A stretch of DNA of 64,000 nt. Source: Haplodiscus bocki (taxonomy: Eukaryota). Within the stretch, counting starts at the first letter, position 1. Each line of letters starts with the position of its first letter. Positions 40,619 to 51,787 of this stretch are shown here, in pieces. A program made the translations under genes and the position numbers. The notes below the pieces were generated by a model. It did no database searches. It had not been told where the DNA came from and was given only the letters and a program-made list of their open reading frames with translations. The stretch is taken from positions 25,606,001 to 25,670,000 of the forward strand of contig OZ296655.1 of NCBI GenBank assembly GCA_965655095.1, written 5' to 3'.

Positions 40619-41795
40619 ATGCCCGAGGATTGATGCCATTTTTCAGGCAAACCCGGCACTTCAAGTTTTGGGCCTCTGGCAGCTTGTTTCCTGCGCGCAG
40701 AAAACAAGCTGGAAATTGAGTTACCACAAAACATGTGAAAGAACGAACACCAGCCTATTTTCTGCATTGAAAACCAGGCTGCTACCGGTTTTCCCTCCTG
40801 AGTAGGAAACATCAGGAATGCCCGAGTCTTTGTGCCAATTTTTAGGCGAACCCGGCAGTTCGGGTTTTGAGGCCCTGGTACATGAATTCTTTTGCTAAAA
40901 AAGGGGCTCGTTCTTGCACTACCACAAAACGCGGAAAAGAACACCAGCCTATTTTCTGCATTGGAATCCAGGCTGTTACCGGTTTTCCCCGTTGAGTAGG
41001 AAAAAGCAGGAATGCCCGAAACTTTGTGTCATTTTTCAGGCGAACACACCACATCTAGTTTCTCAGCCTCTGGCACATTTTTTCCCGTTCGAAAAAAGGG
41101 CTCGTTTTTGAACTACCACAAAACGCGGAAAGGGACACCAGCCTACTTTCTGCATTGAAATCCAGGCTGTTTCCGGTTTTCCCCGCTGACTAGGAAATAG
41201 CAGGAACGCCCGAGTCTTTGTATCAATTTTCAAGCGAAACCGGCAAAACTACTTTTTCAGACTCTGGCACATTCTTTTCCGTGCGAAAAAAACGGGCCCG
41301 AATATGAACTACCACAGAACACGGAAAGGAAAACTAGCCTACTTTCTGCCTTCAAATCCAGGCTGTTACCGGTTTTCCGCGCTGATTTGGAAACAGCAGG
41401 AATGCCCGAGTCTTTGTGCCATTTTTCAGGCAAACCCGGCACTTCGAGTTTTGAGGCTCTGGCAACTTCTTTCCTGTGCGAAAAAACGAGCTGGATTATT
41501 AATTACCACACAACACGGAAAAGAACACCAGACTATTTTCTGCATTGAAATCCAGCCAGCTACCGGTTTGCCACGCTGAGTAGGAAACAACAAGAATGCC
41601 CGTGCTATTTTTCAGGCGAACCCGGCAGATTGGTTTTTGAGGCTGAGGCGGCTTGTTTTCTGTGCCAAAAAAGGCTCGATTATGAACTACCACAGAACAC
41701 TGGAAGGAACACCACCTCATTTTCTGCATTGAAATCCAAGCTGTTATCGGTTTTTCACGCTAAGTAGGAAATAGCAGAATGCCCGAGTCTTTTTG
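40619..41795 (+). repeat. ~195-bp tandem satellite, 6 diverged copies
   Basis: An ATGCCCGAG-like anchor occurs at ~40619, 40818, 41012, 41206, 41402, 41596 and 41779. All copies share a GAACACCAGCCTATTTTCTGCATTGAAATCCAGGCTG block. Confidence 0.95.
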
Positions 41796-41799
41796 TCAC

Positions 41800-42490
41800 T
41801 TGATGCAATTGCAAAGTTAACTCCGGGCTATCTGACTGAGTCTAATGAAACCTCAATGTTCATAGAGTTTGACCTAGGAAATTTTCTTGGAAAACAACTT
41901 GCCGGTATGTGTAAAAAAATTATTGGTATCTGAAATTTTTTCTCAGAGAAACATTGCCAGTCTTTAAGAAATGACTCAGGTTAGAAATTTTGGTTGAAAA
42001 ATCGACTGTCGCCAAAATAAACACTGTTTCGTGGAAATCACAATGATACAACCGCCAAGTTACGATCGGGATATCTGACTGAGTTTAATGAAACTTCAAT
42101 GTTCAAAGAGGTTGACCTAGGAAATTTTTTTGAGAAAGACAGAGCCTGCATGTGTAAAAATTTATTGGGATCATCGATGTAGAGATAATCTAATAAACAG
42201 CATTTTTATATTGACCGAGTGAAAAAACGACAACAACTAGTTGTTATGATTTTTTAAATTGAAATGCTACACAACAGTATTCAAGAGGAGCTGATCAAAT
42301 GTCGATTGAAAACGAAAACGAGTATCAAAACGATCTCTTTGATTCTTGTACGTCCGGATGACCTGAGACAGATGTAATTTCCGGATTTGTTAATTAGGGT
42401 GACTAAAAATTCATTAACCGAAGAGTTTGACCTAGGAAGTTTTTCTCAGACAGACAATGCCAGTATCTAAGGACTGACTCAGCCAACAAA
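41800..42490 (+). repeat. ~505-bp repeat family (GAGTTTGACCTAGGAAA family), ~1.4 rearranged copies
   Basis: It has the same blocks as 56681-58349: GAGTTTGACCTAGGAA, GCCAAAATAAACACTGTTTCGTGGAAATCACAATGAT, TGTCGATTGAAAAC and CATTAACCGAAGAG. Confidence 0.92.
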
Positions 42491-42825
42491 CAGAAATCGG
42501 TACTTTTATTTGATTGGTCGATAGGTTTAATTAATTTTTATTTTAATCTTTCAGATTTGGTGACGGCGGCCAATCGGAACTTCAATTTGATTGGACGAGA
42601 GATTTAATCAATTTCATTTAATTTATTCATTTTATCTTTCGAAGCCGGTGAACTGTTTGTGACTACCATGGTATCTACAAGACTCTTGAGAACTACCTTA
42701 AAAGCTGCTTCAAAAAATCCAGTGGAGAGATCAGAGCAAACATGTCCACCCAGGTCAAAATAATGGCCGAAATTTTAATATAAGGGCGTTAACGGCGATC
42801 AAAACTAGCCACAGAAGCCGTTTTT

Positions 42826-43170
42826 AACCGGAAAAATAGCGGCGTTAACGGCGTTTAACCGGAAAAATAGCAGCGTTAACGGCGTTTAACCGGAAAAATA
42901 GCGGCGTTAACGCCGTTGTACCGGAAAAATAGCGGTGTTAACGGCGTTTAACCGGAAAAATAGTGGCGTTAACGGCGTTTAACCGGAAATATAGCGGCGT
43001 TAACGCCATTTTACCGGAAAAATAGCGGCGTTAACGGCATTTAACCGGAAAAATAGAGGCGTTAACGGCGTTCAACCGGAAAAATAGCGGCGTTAACGGC
43101 GTTTAACCGGAAAAATAGCGGCGTTAACGGCGTTGAACCGGAAAAATAGCGGCGTTAACGGCGTTTAACT
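42826..43170 (+). repeat. 31-bp CpG-rich minisatellite, ~11 copies, with partial outliers at ~42785 and 43733-43806
   Basis: The unit AACCGGAAAAATAGCGGCGTTAACGGCGTTT repeats with a 31-bp period. Confidence 0.97.
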
Positions 43171-43200
43171 GGACAAAGTCAAAGTATCAGCATTACACTA

Positions 43201-43737
43201 AAAGTTTAAAATAGAAAGACCTTCCGAAAAAACGGATTTAACGGGGAAACCGTTTGAAGCTTCAGACTAAAAAAAAACAGAAAAAAGATTCTCGACCTTG
43301 CACAATAAAACAATTGGACGCAAGGATTCTGAAAGCAACAAATTAACATTTCTCCTGCAAACAGTACGGATTAAATTAAACAAAACTTGAAAGAAAGCAT
43401 TCAGATAAAAACTGTTAAAATTTTGCAAAACTGGAACTAAGAAGTCAAGTCCTGACATGTTCAACTTTGATGTAATCTTGGCTGGTCATGACATGGTCAC
43501 TAACGCTGGCAGGGCTACCACGTGCAGACGCAAATTCAAAGCCCCATGCTTACAAACAAAAGTTCAGAAAATGAAGGACCTTCCGAAAACATGGGTTTTA
43601 ATGGGAAAACAGTTTGAAGATTCAGGACGATAAAAAGAACAGAAACATTGTTCTCAACCTTTCAGAAAAACCCGGTCGAACATAAGGACCCTAAAAGCAT
43701 CAGTTGAACATGGCCCTCGTAGACAGTAAGAGTTAAA
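43201..43737 (+). repeat. Old ~180-bp direct duplication (43201-43375 and ~43559-43737)
   Basis: AAAGTT...GACCTTCCGAAAA...GTTTGAAG-TTCAG...AACAGAAA...TTCTC-ACCTT...AAGGA...AAAGCA...ACAGTA...TTAAA is colinear in both copies. Confidence 0.75.
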
Positions 43738-46559
43738 CGGCGTTCCTTGTTGGTATTGAGGCGTTAGCGGCGTTTACGCCACTATACCGGAAAAATAGCG
43801 GCGTTTTCCCAAAAAATTTGACCCGGGCAATTGGGCTGGGTGTATTTTGTCGAGAAACTATTAACATTAAGAACCATCATCATATCTTACTCATTTTTGA
43901 TATTATCAAAACTTTGATTTTTGTCAATTTTATCAACTGTTTCTTTGTTGAAATGAGTGTACTTGATAAGACTATCTACAAAAATAAACGAATAGATACT
44001 AATTGAACTTCATTTTCTTGAAAATGTCTTTCTCTGAGTAATCAAAAAAACGTGAGGAGAGAGTCTTGACCGGTTCATCTCAGTTCTCTGTACGGTATTA
44101 CTGGTGGGTGCTGATAGACTGAACTGTAACAGCAGTAAATTAGAGCAAAATATCTGATCCAGAATTTTTTTCTTTCAGTTTGCTAAACTCCCTCCAGCCA
44201 TTTTTGTGGGATGCTTTGGAGGTGAGTTTCTCCCATGTGAAGGAAAAGTAGACGGATTTTCATGGTAGTTTAGGCTTCTGTCAATCAGTTAACTAGATCT
44301 GAGAAAAAGCTAGTCAGTTTTTTCCCAAGTCTTTCTGGACTGCAACTTTTCTTTATTTCCAATAGGATAGTGAAGCAGTCGAAAATGTTATCTCTTAAAG
44401 CATTTTTACTCCTTTTATTTTTCAAATATGTAATTTTTGTACCACATTGTTTTATCACTTCCAAGCATTTTAAATTTCTGGTTGGTTCTCGATTTGATTT
44501 TTTAAGCAAATTGGTTTGTCAAACGATGAGTCAGTTGGGAGGAGACGAGGTTGACTTTTCAGTTACCAATTTTCACACCTCAGCAAAAACTCAGGTTGGT
44601 TATTTACAAATTATGTACGTTTCAATCTGCATCAAATCACTGGTCCTAGGTTCGGAGACCATTGAGATGAGTATTACTTTTACGATCCAATCAGTTTTCC
44701 TACCTGATCCCTAGTGTTATCAATCAAAGTTAGACCTGTGGTGCCTGGATTTTGACGGGCAAATTCGCTCTTTAGGTAACTGTTAAAATATTTGTCGTTT
44801 TATAGAATAGGCTGAACGAAATATTTTAATGCAAGGTAATTCTGGCCTGGGTTCTCTCTGTCGGTTTCCCATATCAAAAAGATTTTTGGACTCTGGCTTT
44901 ATTTACACAGGAAAAAGCATCCTGGATGAAATCATTCGGATACCGAAGTTCAAACGATGTCAGTCACTAAACCGGAAAAAAATTATTATGGGAAATCATC
45001 GAAACCCCCTTGATCCTTGTAATTTATTTCTTGGTGTCACTAATGTATGCTCTTGCAAGTACTCAGTTTTGATTCATATCAAAAGTTCAGGAGATCTTGT
45101 TTGCTTCTATTTTTTTTTCGTTTTTCGAAGGGCCGGAGCGAAGACCTAGAGTTGACGGGCACAACTGCAGAAAACCTTGTCAGGACACCCGGAAAGTTTC
45201 TTGAGGCTCCCTCAGCAAATTCAACAGAAAACTCTTCGCTTACCACTGCAGAGCCGACAAGATCAAGTGGTCTCGATATAATTGACGTTGGTGCGATTGC
45301 AGAACCCCCAGATAGTGCGTTAGGGGAAATGAATGTTGCCAACAGATAAAGAAACAAACATTTCGATAGTGTTTTGACTCAAATAAAAAGAACAAAAGTT
45401 CAAACCAAGTTATTTGTTTTTCCGTCAGCAAATTGAATACTGTGAGGAAAAGACTGAAGCTGCGAAAAAGAAAGTTTTATGAGCTTGATTCTACGGTCCA
45501 ACTGCGAACTAGCGTTGGAATGCTTGAAAAACACATTTCTATTATAAGCAGTGATGAATTTGATTACTATCGACTTGGACCAAACGAGTCACCCACCAAG
45601 AGAAACAAAACAGCTCGGAAAACAAAAACTACTGCGACGTCGCAAAGTGATGTTATCAGAGATCTGAAGAAAATCTCTCGAATATGTGGTTTTTGTTTGA
45701 TTGCAGGTTTCGGTAACGTCAAAATGGTATCTTTAAATGACTTTGAACGGGCGCTGAGCAAACAAACTAAGGTGACGTCCAAAAACTGGAAAGAACACTG
45801 GTCCCAACTTGACCATCAAGGTCGCTGTGAAAAACTCAGTAGGAAAAAGTCTGAAGCTCACCGAAGAGTCATGCAAGTAATCAATTTTGCCCCCGGACTG
45901 CCAACCCGGAAAAAACTCTTCTGAGAAAGTCAAGGATGTCAGACAAATGACGACTTGGTCTCAATCTTTCACAAATGATTGGCGAGGTTTTGCGGAGTGT
46001 AACGCAGACAAGAAATTGGCAATTCTGATGGAATCAGGGCTGTCAACAAGTTTTGAACTGCTGGCCGAACAACTTCGATTGTCCAGTTCACAGCCTGAGA
46101 GTTGCCCACCTGAAACGATCTCTATAGATGGAGAGGCAAATGGTGTGAATCACTTTGTAGCTCGTCATCTGGATGAAACATTCAGCAGAAAAGCAGAACC
46201 CAATTTAAATGAGAAAGAGTTTCTAGAATTGTTACAGAAACTTTTCGTCAATAAAATCAGTAACTTCGGGGACTTTTCAGTCCAAAGAGTGCTTCGTTGT
46301 CGAGAAGCCCTTCGGAGAGAAAAGAGAGCAAAAGCCTGGCCAATTTCTCTGGAACCATTGCTTAGTGGCTTAGGCTTTACATCGTCGATTCCTACTAGTA
46401 AATTGATGAACGATTTCATCAAATCATGTATAAAATCTATGAGTTCAGCAACAGGAGACAACTTCGGTTACCTAGAACACGAAATTAGCTTCGAGACACA
46501 GAAATTGCAAGTAGTTTTTGAGTTTATTATTAACCAAGTTTTGAGTCGTGAATCAGAAT

Positions 46560-47660
46560 TTCTCAGTTTCAATGAAGCTAATGACAAAGAAGTCTGGTTA
46601 CGTATTTATCTACAGAACGCCAACAGCTTAAATAACAATTTTATCAAGGCTTTGAAATGTTGCTGGTTCAAGCGAGAATCAATCAGACACTTTTATCTTC
46701 GTATGTTTGACTTTCGTAGGTTTTTGGAAGAAACTGGTTTGCAAAAAAGATTGATATGGCTGAAGCCCGTTTGGACAAAGAAGCAGCATTTTTATGGTTG
46801 CAGCAATTGAAGATGGATGATGTCAGCAAAATTAGAGGAACGGAAAATCATCTTGGAGTTAAAATGCAACAGATCGGGAGTCGATTATTTAATTCGACTC
46901 CTGAAAAAAATGGTGCGAGCTCAATCACTATTGTGAAGCTTTGAAGCACGGCACAAAAGACACTAGAGGGGCAGATGAAATATTGAAGACACTGGAACCA
47001 TCTTCAGAAGAAGTTCTCGATTTTCAAAACTTCTTGCTGGCAAACTGCCTTTATTTCCGTCCACATAGACCTGGCATTTGTTCCTCGCTCACAGTTTTCC
47101 ACTATGAAAATGGATTGAATATTGATAACGGCTACAAGATAGTGCCTGTGACAGATAACAGCAAGACAGCAGCGCTCAATTGTGAATATTTGCTCACCGA
47201 ACCTGAAATGGTTAGCTACTTCAACTTTTACAGAGACTCGCTAAGATTTCCTTTGGGAGAGACAGATTCCGATGATTGTAACAACTGTCAGCTTGAATTT
47301 CGATGGCCACTGGATATGAAACTAACCAAAAACAAAATACGTTCTTTATTGTGTTTGAACGATGGAGAAGACGGAACGGAAACTTCTACTGGAGAAACTC
47401 AAACGCAATCTTTTCTTTTCCAGACTGTTAGAGCTGCTAGTTTTTTTGCGAACTCAAATTGCTCTGTTATTACGAATACTACGAAGTTTCTCAAAAAGAA
47501 GACTGCCTCACATGGGACACACTTGATGTTTGGTAATCAATTCACGTCAATGGATGCAAAAGAAATCCATAAGCAATTCGCAGACTTTCTCAATCAACAA
47601 AAGAAACTGACTGACAAGGACTACATAGAGTACATCGGCTGTTTAAGATTATTTTCACTG
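46560..47660 (+). pseudogene. Tyrosine recombinase-like region (core-binding-like helix plus a degenerate catalytic domain)
   Basis: Motifs occur in YR order. FIKALKCCWFKRESIRHFYLRMFDFRRFLEE resembles the core-binding domain. FLLANCLYFRPHRPGICSSLTVFHYENG supplies the first catalytic Arg (codon 47067) and IVPVTDNSKTA the Lys (47163). FFANSN follows. THLMFGNQFTS has GGT at the second-Arg position (47532). FADFLNQQKKLTDKDY has H-x8-Y spacing, with CAA at the His position (47595) and Tyr at 47622. Motifs were recognised by eye with no HMM search. Confidence 0.6.
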
Positions 47661-48301
47661 TTTGACAGAAATGAATATTCGAAACCCAGCAAGAAAATGT
47701 ATGATATGATATCAGCAGTGGAAAAATTCTCAAACCAAGCTTATGAACATCAAGCAGCACTTGAAGTTAATATCTTGAAACTGATAAAAAATGGAATTTG
47801 GCAAAGCGACCCCTCTGAGAAGCTATTCCAGTGCTGTTGAAGATAGCTTCAGTGACCAAGTTGGAACGAGTGCCGGAAACGGGCTAGAAGAAAGTTATCA
47901 AAGTATGGATTTAAACTTCATTGCAAGGCACTTTGCAGACAGAAAGATTACAGATGCGAGTTTGGTGGAAAAATTCAAACAATATTCAACAAGCCACTAT
48001 GCAGAGGGATTGAAAAAGAAATGGTTGAAAAAATTCAGCGTCGAGAGTTTCTTTCAGTCAAAAGAAAAAATGGCACTTCCTTCTTTTGGTAGATTTTCTA
48101 GACGACACGGAGAAGAGAAATGGAAAATACAATTCTTTCCGCGGTAAATTGATAGTGCAATTCAAAAATTTCCTTGTCAATGAGTCGATTAAAAAGAAAA
48201 CTGATCAGTTCGAAGAGTTAATCAACGGAGAGGCAGTAACCACTAGACGGAAATAAGAAGATAGAGCCGAAGACTGGATCCACAGAAAGGTTCATTAAGT
48301 T

Positions 48302-49204
48302 ATGGAGGCCAACAAAGACTCAATGAGTAACAGAAAAAAAGTCCAGGACAAACTAATTGAACGATTATTGAAGCAGAAGAACTACGGCACTGCTGGAAAG
48401 TCAAAAAAGGACTTCAATGGCTTGATTGAAGTTAGCAGCCATTACAGTGAGTTCTCAAAAGCAATTCGTGGTACAATTCCCTTTGATCTACCTCGGCGTG
48501 AAATTTTCCTGAAAATCAAACAGCAGAGATGGTCAGATCTATTAGTCAGGCTAAGCGAGAAACCAGAGCAGAACAGAGGTCTGTTTGCAATGCAAAACTT
48601 TGAAAAAGGGGAGTACGTCTGTGACTACCATGGTGTTTATATCACGCTAAAAACCTATTTGAACGAAACTTTTCAAACTAGAAACGATGATGTTCTAATG
48701 AATAAATACATTCTCACTTTGCCGTCTTTCGATCCCTACCATAAGCGGTTTGATCGAATCAAAATCAAATTTGGAGAAGAGTGTTCTGAAGAAGATGTCT
48801 TCAAGCATTTCAAGGAAGACGAGATGGAGAAGATTGTCGCCATCGATGCTGGTAAACTTTGTGAGTGTCACGGTGTTTCACCAAAAGGAGGAAAAACTAA
48901 TCATTCTCATTCACAGAGGGAAATATATTTGAAGCCGGAGTATTTGACATTCTTCGGACATTTCGTATGTGTTTTCAAAACAACAAAGTTTGTTCGGAGG
49001 AACGATCAGTTCTTCTGGCAGTACAACACAACTTTGTCTTTCAAGAAGAAAATTTCGCTGGGAAAAACTTCGACTTCAGTTTTTTTGATGATAAATGCTA
49101 CTTTCAACTCAGCAAAAATATCACCCAAATTTTTTTATGTAATTAATCGAAACGTGTTCAGGTTACCTGCCACTTCGACCAATTATTTGAAATTTAATTT
49201 ATGA
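48302..49204 (+). pseudogene. SET-domain lysine methyltransferase-like ORF (PR-Set7/SETD8-like), probably the C-terminal fragment of the larger frame
   Basis: SET motifs occur in order across ~48540-49030: RGLFAMQNFEKGEYVCDYHG, KYIL, AIDA..CECH, GGKTNHS (canonical GRxxNHS), and VFKTTKFVRRNDQFFWQYN (canonical xFxAxRDIxxGEELxYDY). Several canonical residues are substituted. Confidence 0.85.
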
Positions 49205-49339
49205 ATTTAACACCTTTCTTAGCGACCACTTCATGTTACGGATTTAATACATCTCTGTTCTGCCTATCATACAATGCATTATTGCAGTAATTCAGTTTTA
49301 TAGCCCATACGATCATCATTTTTGTCAGGAGATAGTGAT

Positions 49340-50035
49340 CCATTGAAGATTGAAAACAGAACCGTTTAGGCACAAAAAACTGGTTCATGGATTTCTGGTT
49401 GACCTACCGCAGAATAGCTTCGCAGAAGTTCGATTGTGTTTGCCCAAAAGTCCCTATCCGAAAAGTCTGACCTAGAAAAAATTTCCAGAATAATATTTAA
49501 CGGTGTATAAAAACACTATGAAACGGTAAACTGATGGGAACAACCAGGCTGATATTTTTCGGGAGGTGGCTGCTTTGAATAGCCTGATAAATGAAAAAAG
49601 ACATCAATTAGTTTACTGCGGCTTTGAAAAAGCGAGCCAAACTACGAGCCAAAACTCAGAAGCTAATGATCCTCTTTCGATTGAAAACAGTACTGAAAGG
49701 GCGCAAAACAACCGGTTCCGGATTTTCCGGATGATCTCCCTCACAAGAGTTTTCCCGAAGTGTCATTGTGCTTGTCTAAAACCCGACATTCGAAGAGCTC
49801 CATCTAGGAAAATTCACTGGAAAAAATTTTACTGTATTTAAAAAATTTATGAAACGATAATCTGATGGGATCATTCACGTCGCTTTATTGAAATGGCATG
49901 GCTTACATAGCTTAAGAAATGATATAGACATCAAATAATGTACTGTGGCTTTGAACCGTCGAGCCAATTTAAGCGCCAGGAAACAGGAGCTAGTCATCCA
50001 TTCTCGATTGAAAACAAGATCGAGTATCAAACAGA
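49340..50035 (+). repeat. ~330-bp diverged tandem repeat (2+ copies), related to the ~505-bp family
   Basis: GATTGAAAACA occurs at ~49348, 49679 and 50006. Shared CTAG(G/A)AAAA, TATGAAACG..CTGATGGGA and GACATCAA..TACTG.GGCTTTGAA..CGAGCCAA blocks are present. The last copy runs into the 505-family sequence CGAGTATCAAACAGA. Confidence 0.8.
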
Positions 50036-50574
50036 TGTCGCGTTATAACTAACGCTTGATCGTTATATGTTATATTTTATTTCTTAAATGCGTGCAGTAA
50101 GCTTTTAAACAGGAAATGAATAATGTTTAACAAGAGAACTGCAAATGGTATTGACTAACCTGGGAGTTGCTGTTAATGTTGGTAAATGGTAAGAAAGCTG
50201 AAAGATTGGAATTGCACAAAGAGAAAGAAAAGCAAAATTTCTAAAAGCGCGGAAATGTGGTTGAATACGATTGGCGCAACGACTAGTTACGAAGATGTCG
50301 TCATAACTTCGTTTCCTCGTTGATATGGGAAAGCGGCTTGGCCATTTTTAATTCACTCGCTTACCGGCCGGCAGACATATTCCTTTCCCTTATTTCACTT
50401 CCCTTTCCTTACGCCTCGCTTTCTTTTCCTTCTTGCTTGGCCAAATTTATTCTAAATTCTCGTCTTTCTCTCCGCGGACGGAATTATTCTAAGACAATTC
50501 TTGCTTGCTTTACTTACAAATTCCGCCGCTTACAGACCCAACCGTCCAACTCTCCACTTCTTGCCAAATGATCT

Positions 50575-50652
50575 GATTGGCTCTCACTTAAACGGCGGCC
50601 ATCTTGAAAATTCAAGTATAAATAACCGGCACACAGCCATAGCATTCATTAC
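50575..50652 (+). promoter_or_regulatory. Pol II core promoter module 1: inverted CCAAT box, YY1-type site, TATA box, Inr
   Basis: GATTGG (50575), CGGCGGCCATCTTG (50593-50606), TATAAATA (50617), and TCATT with its A at 50648, 31 nt from the first T of the TATA box. Confidence 0.7.
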
Positions 50653-50728
50653 GCTTTCGAGCCTACTTCCACGAGGCGAAACTCTCTTTCTCTTCTCTCT
50701 CAACATAATTTCGGAGTTAAATCTTTAC

Positions 50729-50944
50729 TCCGAAATTATTCTAAGACAACTTCAAAACTTGTCTTAGCCAAATTCTTATCGCCTCTTCGAAATTATTCTA
50801 AGACAATTTCAAAACTTGTCTTAGCCAAATTCTTATCGCCTCTTCGAAATTATTCTAAGACAATTTCAAAACTTGTCTTAGCCAAATTCCTATCGCCTCT
50901 TCGAAATTATTCTAAGACAATTTCAAAACTTGTCTTAGCCAAAT
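50729..50944 (+). repeat. 57-bp tandem repeat (~3.8 copies), each unit with a 9-bp inverted repeat
   Basis: The unit is TTCGAAATTATTCTAAGACAATTTCAAAACTTGTCTTAGCCAAATTCTTATCGCCTC. CTAAGACAA and TTGTCTTAG flank a 9-nt loop. Confidence 0.95.
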
Positions 50945-50997
50945 ATTCTGCTCTACAGAACCAACCTTCCTGCTCTCCAATTCTCACCGAATGATTT

Positions 50998-51076
50998 GAT
51001 TGGCTCTCGCCTATACGGCGGCCATCTTGGAAGTATCGAGTATATATACCCGGTGCACGGCCATAATATTCATTCG
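50998..51076 (+). promoter_or_regulatory. Pol II core promoter module 2 (diverged duplicate, 424 bp downstream)
   Basis: GATTGG (50998), CGGCGGCCATCTTG (51016-51029), TATATATA (51041), and TCATT with its A at 51072, again 31 nt from the TATA start. Confidence 0.7.
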
Positions 51077-51174
51077 CTTGCTACTGTCAACTACCAACTT
51101 CCCCGAGGCGAAACTCTCTTCCACCTTCCTCTCATCAATATTCTGGAATTATTCAAAGACTCTTCAACAACCAT

Positions 51175-51562
51175 CCGAAAATATTCAAAGACTTCTTCGC
51201 CTGCAAATTTGTCTTAGCCGCAATTCATTCACAACCCGAAAATATTCAAAGACTTTTTCGCCTGCAAATTTGTCTTAGCCGCAATTCATTCACAACCCGA
51301 AAATATTCAAAGACTTTTTCGCCTGCAAATTTGTCTTAGCCGCAATTCATTCACAACCCGAAAATATTCAAAGACTTTTTCGCCTGCAAATTTGTCTTAG
51401 CCGCAATTCATCAACAACCCGAAAATATTCAAAGACTTCTTCGCCTGCAAATTTGTCTTAGCCGCAAATCATCAACAACCCGAAAATATTCAAAGACTTC
51501 TTTGCCTGCAAATTTGTCTTAGCCGCAAATCCTCAACAACCCGAAAATATTCAAAGACTTTT
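51175..51562 (+). repeat. ~61-bp tandem repeat (~6.4 copies), related to the 57-bp unit
   Basis: The unit is CCGAAAATATTCAAAGACTTTTTCGCCTGCAAATTTGTCTTAGCCGCAATTCATTCACAAC. Confidence 0.95.
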
Positions 51563-51566
51563 TGGG

Positions 51567-51787
51567 CAATCAACAAGCAGCAACCAGCAGCAGCAATCAA
51601 CAGCAGCAACCAGCAGCAGCAATCGACAGCAGCAACCAGCAGCAGCAATCAACAGCAGCAACCAGCAGCAGCAATCGACAGCAGCAACCAGCAGCAGCAA
51701 TCAACAGCAGCAACCAGCAGCAGCAACCGACAGCAACGGCCAGCAGCAACAATCAACAGCAGCAATCAACTACAGCAACAACCAGCC
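51567..51787 (+). repeat. CAG-rich 26-bp minisatellite
   Basis: The unit CAGCAGCAACCAGCAGCAGCAATC(G/A)A starts at 51601, 51627, 51653, 51679 and (variant) 51705, with G and A alternating between units. Confidence 0.93.

Larger units (their letters stand above)
45433..49204 (+). pseudogene. Frameshifted ~1200-codon gene of a probable mobile element: Zn-finger-like N-terminus, tyrosine-recombinase-like domain and C-terminal SET domain
   Basis: A chain of same-strand ORFs overlaps end-to-start (45433..45924, 45887..46810, 46756..46944, 46941..47840, 47791..48147), followed by 48302..49204. They have protein-like composition in otherwise repetitive DNA. The first fragment has CGFC...HWSQLDH. YR and SET motifs follow, as listed in the next two features. 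Confidence 0.7.

Noticed and set aside
44040-45000. Possible decayed minus-strand ORF with a Walker-A-like GSGRKT near 44700
   Set aside because: It has many stops, the motif spacing is non-canonical, and no Walker B is recognisable. It may be element cargo, but I cannot support a call.
45047-45349. Ser/Thr-rich ORF after a polypyrimidine-AG (~45130) as an upstream exon of the YR-SET gene
   Set aside because: It is plausible but rests on one splice-acceptor-like motif with no transcript evidence, so it was left outside the called feature.
48302-49204. Calling the SET ORF the host SETD8/PR-Set7 gene
   Set aside because: It is intronless, has substitutions in conserved SET motifs, and is contiguous with YR-like fragments in repeat DNA. 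No gene symbol was assigned.
50729-51562. Hairpin-containing 57/61-bp arrays as a CRISPR array
   Set aside because: The units are head-to-tail near-identical copies with no unique spacers.
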